DNA of 64,000 nt from an uncultured Nitrososphaeraceae archaeon (GTDB lineage: Archaea > Thermoproteota > Nitrososphaeria > Nitrososphaerales > Nitrososphaeraceae), in the NCBI GenBank assembly GCA_963729045.1, contig CAVSMN010000021.1, positions 1 through 64,000 on the forward strand, given 5' to 3'. Every line of letters begins with the position of its first letter. Positions within the stretch are counted from its first letter, which is position 1. The notes beneath the pieces are model-generated. The model was given only the letters and a program-made list of their open reading frames with translations. It had not been told where the DNA came from and ran no database searches. This document shows positions 58,838 to 64,000 of the stretch, one piece after another. A program made the translations under genes and the position numbers.

Positions 58838-60107
58838 GAGAGTTTTTCCTGTCACTATAAATATCCCACTATCACTCTGTACCAAGATCACGAACGGAGT
58901 TGCTCCAAACAAAATAAGCAATGATTGATGAGAAGAGGTAAACAATCCTATATGCACACAACTATTAGGATCAAACATCCTTTTTGGTTCGAATAAAGGT
59001 TGATCGAGAATATAATTATTCCTGTTGAAGATATACGATAATTAAGAGGATTGCAAATATTATCAGAGAAACAAAAATAGTAGAATGCTCTTAATTTATA
59101 TCGAGTTTATTTTGTAGAAAACTATGAAAGTAGATATTTAACTGAGCCAGGGTCCTAATTTTATTTTGATGATTTTGTTCTATAATACCAACCCAATTAG
59201 ATTAATATCATATCATCTGTTTTACTCTATTAGGATCATGGTTTTCTATTGTGCGATTGTAATATTTCCTACAGGTAGTGTACGATTAGAAAGTTCTAAA
59301 GGCGAATTAGATTCATGCACTAGGGGTTCACCCGGATCTGCAATTGCAAGTGGCTCTCCATTTACGGCTGTTGGGTACAATGTGAAAATCCTAATATTGA
59401 AAAACTAACCATTATGACGGCTACCAAAAATACCTTAAGTACATCCATGTTCCTATAACTTTAGCACGAGTATTATAACATATATATTTCTTTATCTGTA
59501 TGATTTCAATGTTGTCATTTGATATATCAATACCTAACCATTTAGTGAATGACGTGTTAGTATAATTCATAACTTCAAAAAATAGAATTCATCTCAAATT
59601 TGCATACTTATGAATTTCATTGTATAACACTAGTTAACAATGTAATTATAAATTTTGTATGACCTCATATATTTACATAAATTTTATCATAAATATGAAA
59701 GCCGTGACAAACTTGGTGATATTGCAGTTGCTACTTCAGTTAAATATCTCAAAAACAGATAAATCGAATATACATGGAATAGATTTTTACTATTCAGGAT
59801 TACATTTTCCAAGGATTGATGAAAGTACCTTGCTTTTGCTATGATCTCTTATCCACCAACAAACTTGATCAAGTAGATGATTATCTAAATATGATTGACA
59901 ACCTTTTGGATCAATTTGATATGATGATCAATAAAACAAAATAGAATTGCCAATTAATTAATAGAATGTTCTATTTGTTCTAATCTTTTATAATAGTCTT
60001 GACATAAAAAACTGATGTGGGATTCGCGATATTAAGCTCTAGTAAAAACCTGAGTTGATCTTGGCCTTCTAAATTCAAAATCCATTAATATTGTTATAAT
60101 AGGCCCT

Positions 60108-60332
60108 TTGATGAATTCGAAAATCATTGCCACAATCGTAATTATTTCAATGTTTGCAGGCTTTGCAGCCTTAGTCGGCCAAATATCTCAACAGGCTTCT
60201 GCCGCTTCTATTCCTTGTGATAGCAAAGGGTCAAGTGGTCAAGGAGCTACACATTGTAACTTTGGAGATTGTAAGGTATTAATTACACCAAGTGATAAAA
60301 TAAATAAATACTCAAATAGCAAATGCAGATAA
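60108..60332 (+). CDS. Small secreted Cys-rich protein
   Basis: Signal peptide ending QASA; four Cys in a ~42-aa mature part. Confidence 0.6.
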   Translation: MMNSKIIATIVIISMFAGFAALVGQISQQASAASIPCDSKGSSGQGATHCNFGDCKVLITPSDKINKYSNSKCR

Positions 60333-60582
60333 TACCTACAATGATCAGCTATTGTATGTATAGCCTTTTTTTATTACACCAAAATTAAAATTGGGTTAAG
60401 AGTACATTATCAAGATATTTTATTATCGTTTTTGTGCCTGTAAATATGAGATTTCATTATTTGACAATATGATAACAACAAAAGGTCAAAATAAAAATAA
60501 GTTTTGCTAGTAATAAAATCAAATATTCTCAGATTATCAATCCATTTACCGGACTGACTCCAGTTAGAAAAACCTATTAAAC

Positions 60583-60711
60583 CCATGTGGATCTCCTAAT
60601 GATTTCCACCGAACCCTTATACCATAGGAACTTAATCCCACTGAACCCGCTAGCTGTTTTACTATTATTGAGTGATAGAAATGGGTCAAATTTGTTTTAC
60701 ATACCACCGAG
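60583..60711 (+). repeat. Composite dispersed element: class A + D + weak E + class B
   Basis: CCATGTGGATCT-CCTAATG-ATTTCCACCGAA-CCCTTATACCATAGGAACTTAATCCCACTGAA-cccGCTAGC...ATGGGTCAAATT-TGTTTTA-CATACCACCGAG. Confidence 0.92.
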
Positions 60712-61026
60712 CCTGTTATGTTATTGTTCCTTTTTCAGAACTTTATCCCAATAACCAGAGAAAGGTAGATTGATAGAAATAGAATACAGTGATCAATATT
60801 CAATGATCCTGTTTGCAATGCGGACATCCAAAACTTGAGAAAAATGCGTAGGAGGATTAAATATGTTCATTGACATTGTGGATAATCTTCCTGGGAAACA
60901 GGTACAAAAATGCGTCAGGAGGTATGAGATGAGTCTATACTAATTATCAAGTTATATATAACGATAATACATAGAATTGGGATTTATTACCAATATATTT
61001 AATAGGATCCATTACGATACTAAAGT

Positions 61027-61323
61027 ATGGTTTTTAAAGTTATTATCAGACACCCAAGTGAAGATGATGATGAACACACTTATTATGGGATAGTTTTTCC
61101 CAACCGAGACATAGGGCAAATAAAGCGACTTGGATTTGATGCACCTGATAAACTGAAGGCTACGTTTACTTTTGATTCGGATAAAGTAAAACCAGGAGAA
61201 CATTTTCTAGCTATACTAGTACCAGTTAACGAAAGTGAAATTACGGAAAGCACTTGCGGCTTGCTTGCATGTAAGATGGGAACGAACTCAGATAAACCTA
61301 TGCCAGAAGTAGTTGATTTCTAA
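61027..61323 (+). CDS. Hypothetical protein (98 aa)
   Basis: Clean ORF, AT-rich upstream region; enclosed between two dispersed elements. Confidence 0.55.
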   Translation: MVFKVIIRHPSEDDDEHTYYGIVFPNRDIGQIKRLGFDAPDKLKATFTFDSDKVKPGEHFLAILVPVNESEITESTCGLLACKMGTNSDKPMPEVVDF

Positions 61324-61499
61324 ATATTTATTAGAAACAACAGAAAAATCCAGCCATTTGGTTTATCCTTTGAGTCAAACAAACTCTAAGAATTTTTAAA
61401 CTCATCGATACTGAAATTAAATTCACTTTTCTGAGCCTTATCTTTTTCATCCATATGAAGAAACTTGATTTAATAATTAGACTAATTTCAAGGAGTAAC

Positions 61500-61552
61500 T
61501 CATGTGGAAATTCTCATGATATATACCGAACGTGCCACATGTTTTGGTAACG
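61500..61552 (+). repeat. Dispersed dyad element, class A + tail E
   Basis: TCATGTGGAAAT-TCTCATG-ATATATACCGAA-cgtGCCACATGTTTTGGTAACG. Confidence 0.85.
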
Positions 61553-61601
61553 ATGTAATATAATAGTCACTGGCACGACGGATTTAGAGATTGACGATGG
61601 A

Positions 61602-61830
61602 CAGACCTGGGCAGACGAAGTGTGGTTGCCGAAAAGTAAGATTATCAAGATGCACCGTTCTAGACTATGGGCTGGAACGGTGCTCCCGGTCATTATGCTA
61701 ATAGGGTCTGGCGGACTACGATCGAGGTTGGTTGTGCGACTGCCCATAGTGATATACTGTGGTTCCCGTTTCTGGTGTTTCGCTACACCCCGACGGACAA
61801 CATCTTTGGGCAGCCAGTGTATTGGAAAAG
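61602..61830 (+). pseudogene. CAP/SCP domain remnant
   Basis: QTWADE / WVAEK*DY..GHYANRVWRTTIEVGCATA..LVFRYTP..N..GQPVY. Confidence 0.7.
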
Positions 61831-62084
61831 CCTTGTTCCAATCGCGGTAAGTATCTATCTATCACTATCTGCCAAGACCCTGATAAAGTTGCTCCAAGCA
61901 ACATATACCCTATTAAACTAAGGATAGGTAGAATCTTAATCATCTCCATCTTTACCCTATTCCCCTACTTCCTCCGCTGTCCCCTTCCCCAGTAGTCGTA
62001 TAAGGAGATACTATGGATTCACTGTTATAATATATGGTAACCATATTTTATCAGTTCAATCCATTCTTTATATTCTCATAGGCA

Positions 62085-62709
62085 TTAATGCCCATGTTCA
62101 GGTGGATTATTACCATAAATGTTTAATGTCCCTGTACCATTATTATATTGATAAAACGATGCAACCGGTCCAGGATAAACCTTATTGTTTACAGTTATTG
62201 GTGTATATTTGCTAATTCCTTGATATAATTGACCATTATTTTCCTTTGTAATGTTACTCACACTAAAAACTCGACTTATTTCTTCAATGTTTTGTGAATT
62301 ATTTTTTTGTAAATCAGCCAATTCTAAATGAGAATGATGGAAAAATGCTAATATTTGAAATAATCACTTTGTTATTTTCTGAGTTGAACAATGGATGTTG
62401 GTCTATCCTTTGATTTCCACTTTCATTCACTAGAACCGTGACACTTCCGTTTGTAGGGTTGTATCGCTCTCCTGTAGAACTATACCCTCCAGGATCCTTG
62501 ATTGTTTGCATGGTAATAGATAGGTAAGGCTTATTTACCGTATTTGCATCAGGAATTTGAGTTGCATTTTCAACCGAAGATATTGTCGTGTTTCGTTGTT
62601 GCGAATATGATTTGTGAATAATAGGAATGCCACCATAAATCACACAAACAGTTGTTAGAAATATTGATACAACACATATACATAACCAACTATTAAAAGT
62701 TCTATCCAT
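62085..62709 (-). CDS. Secreted hypothetical protein (frameshift at ~62320)
   Basis: Two overlapping ORFs; the upstream one has a signal peptide. Confidence 0.5.
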
Positions 62710-62898
62710 TGTTAATATGATGATTACCTAGTAAAATACTTTAAAGGTCGTCTATTCATACGATGATTTCAAATACTTTAGAAATCATAGTCGATTATGT
62801 TATTAAAAATGGCTTTCGAGTCAAATATATGTGCGATGCAGCTGAAGTCTATTTTTCGATTATAAGTTTGTACATATCCCTTACCTTATTGAATTGAC

Positions 62899-62929
62899 TC
62901 ATCTTAATATCCTCATGATTTCCACATGA
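62899..62929 (+). repeat. Dispersed dyad element, class A (right arm ends CCACATGA)
   Basis: TCATCTTAATAT-CCTCATG-ATTTCCACATGA. Confidence 0.8.
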
Positions 62930-63031
62930 CCTGCTTAGAAATACACACTAATATAACAGACCTAGGACTAGCAAGTCAAAATCGCAATGTTAACTTGTCA
63001 AGTAAATCTATAGTAGTTTTCGTGTGCTGGA

Positions 63032-63898
63032 TCATTGTTTTTCACCCACTATACATATAGCTTCATTATCTAAAACTATGGAATCTGTATTATTTTTTAC
63101 ATATTTTGTTGCTGCTTCTGTAACTGCTTTCCATATCTGTTCTTTGCGATCTAAAGTTTGATCGGCTAACATTGCAAGAACCGGAGCGGCTATATCTTTA
63201 GTGAAATTTGTGTATTCTTCAGCAGAATCAAACTCAAAGGTTACATTAATCCGTTCAATCTCGATATCTTTGAATCCACACCTGATAAAAGAATTCTTGA
63301 GAATTGTTTCATCAGCTAGACTATATGGTCCCGGTGTTCTACGAGAAGATGGTGATGGAATATTAAGTTCCTTTCTTACAGTATCCATAGCCAACGCAAG
63401 TTGAGGAACTTTCTCTGATGTTGCCCAGACACTAGCCGCAAAACGCCCACCGGTTACCAATGATTTATAGATATTAGATAATCCTGAGTCGAGCTCGTCT
63501 AAAAACATCAATCCCAATCTACATAATGCCGCGTCAAAATTTGATTCGGGTAAGTCAATCGTTGCTGCATCACCTTCTTTAAAGTCAATTATTCCTTCCA
63601 AGTGCTCTGCGATGGCCCTCTTTTTTGCTATTGACAACATTTGTAATGATATGTCTGTAGCCAACACATGACCACTGGTACCCACGCATTTAGCTACAGC
63701 AATTGCGGGTTCTCCTATCCCAGTCGCTATATCAAGAACTTTTGAAGCTGGTTTTATTTTTGCCATATCTATTAATTTGTCACTCATTTTATAAGCACCA
63801 TTTTCAAATGTCTTATACCACTTTTCCCACCCTGCAGCTACACTTTCCCAATCTTGACGTTGATCTCGTCTCAATTGATCCACATCTGAATTAGGCAT
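63032..63898 (-). CDS. Class I SAM-dependent methyltransferase (UbiE-like)
   Basis: VLDIATGIGEP, ATDIS..ML, GDA, FDAALCRLGLMF, L..GGR. Confidence 0.92.
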   Translation of the reverse strand: MPNSDVDQLRRDQRQDWESVAAGWEKWYKTFENGAYKMSDKLIDMAKIKPASKVLDIATGIGEPAIAVAKCVGTSGHVLATDISLQMLSIAKKRAIAEHLEGIIDFKEGDAATIDLPESNFDAALCRLGLMFLDELDSGLSNIYKSLVTGGRFAASVWATSEKVPQLALAMDTVRKELNIPSPSSRRTPGPYSLADETILKNSFIRCGFKDIEIERINVTFEFDSAEEYTNFTKDIAAPVLAMLADQTLDRKEQIWKAVTEAATKYVKNNTDSIVLDNEAICIVGEKQ

Positions 63899-64000
63899 AT
63901 TATCTTAACTCTATCGATCACATTATTATTTTTTAATTGTATTGACTTTAAGGATCAATTTGACTTGGCAAAATTAATAAAACCTAAGCTGATCCGTCTT

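Noticed and set aside
5323..62929. Dispersed elements as a CRISPR array
   Set aside because: Copies are kilobases apart with genes between them rather than 30-45 nt spacers; no cas genes.
5323..62929. Elements as classical integron attC sites
   Set aside because: No RYYYAAC...GTTRRRY box pair, cargo is multi-gene and in both orientations, and no intI is present. Only a functional analogy is claimed.

Overview
AT-rich archaeal DNA. The 16S/23S sequence and gene families point to an ammonia-oxidising Nitrososphaeraceae member; Nitrosocosmicus-like is an inference. Bases 1-5.3 kb are core genome: an rRNA operon (5' part of 23S and complete 16S, minus strand), hflX and a TFE-beta/RPC34-like factor. 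From about 5.3 kb to the end the region is accessory and gene-sparse. It carries solute-binding/Cache sensor pairs, CAP proteins, cupredoxins, a multicopper oxidase, DsbA, a class III cyclase, patatin, a DASS transporter, NHL and YVTN repeats, an M32 peptidase, P450, a Pth2-like protein, methyltransferases, many decayed fragments and IS6-like remnants. The main observation is an unannotated family of about 26 intergenic elements at about 24 loci, all on the + strand, starting just past the last core gene. The full element is a 31-bp imperfect dyad (12-bp arm, 7-bp spacer, 12-bp arm ending CCACCGAA) in three spacer classes (CCTCATG, TGTTTCA, TCATACT). It is optionally followed by a repeated half-site 32-33 bp downstream and a G(C/A/T)TAC..GTAAC tail. 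These elements cut the region into modules of about 0.6-8 kb, which suggests a site-specific recombination cassette array; no recombinase lies in this window. Many genes, and the 16S itself, carry single-base indels, so most frameshifts are probably assembly errors.
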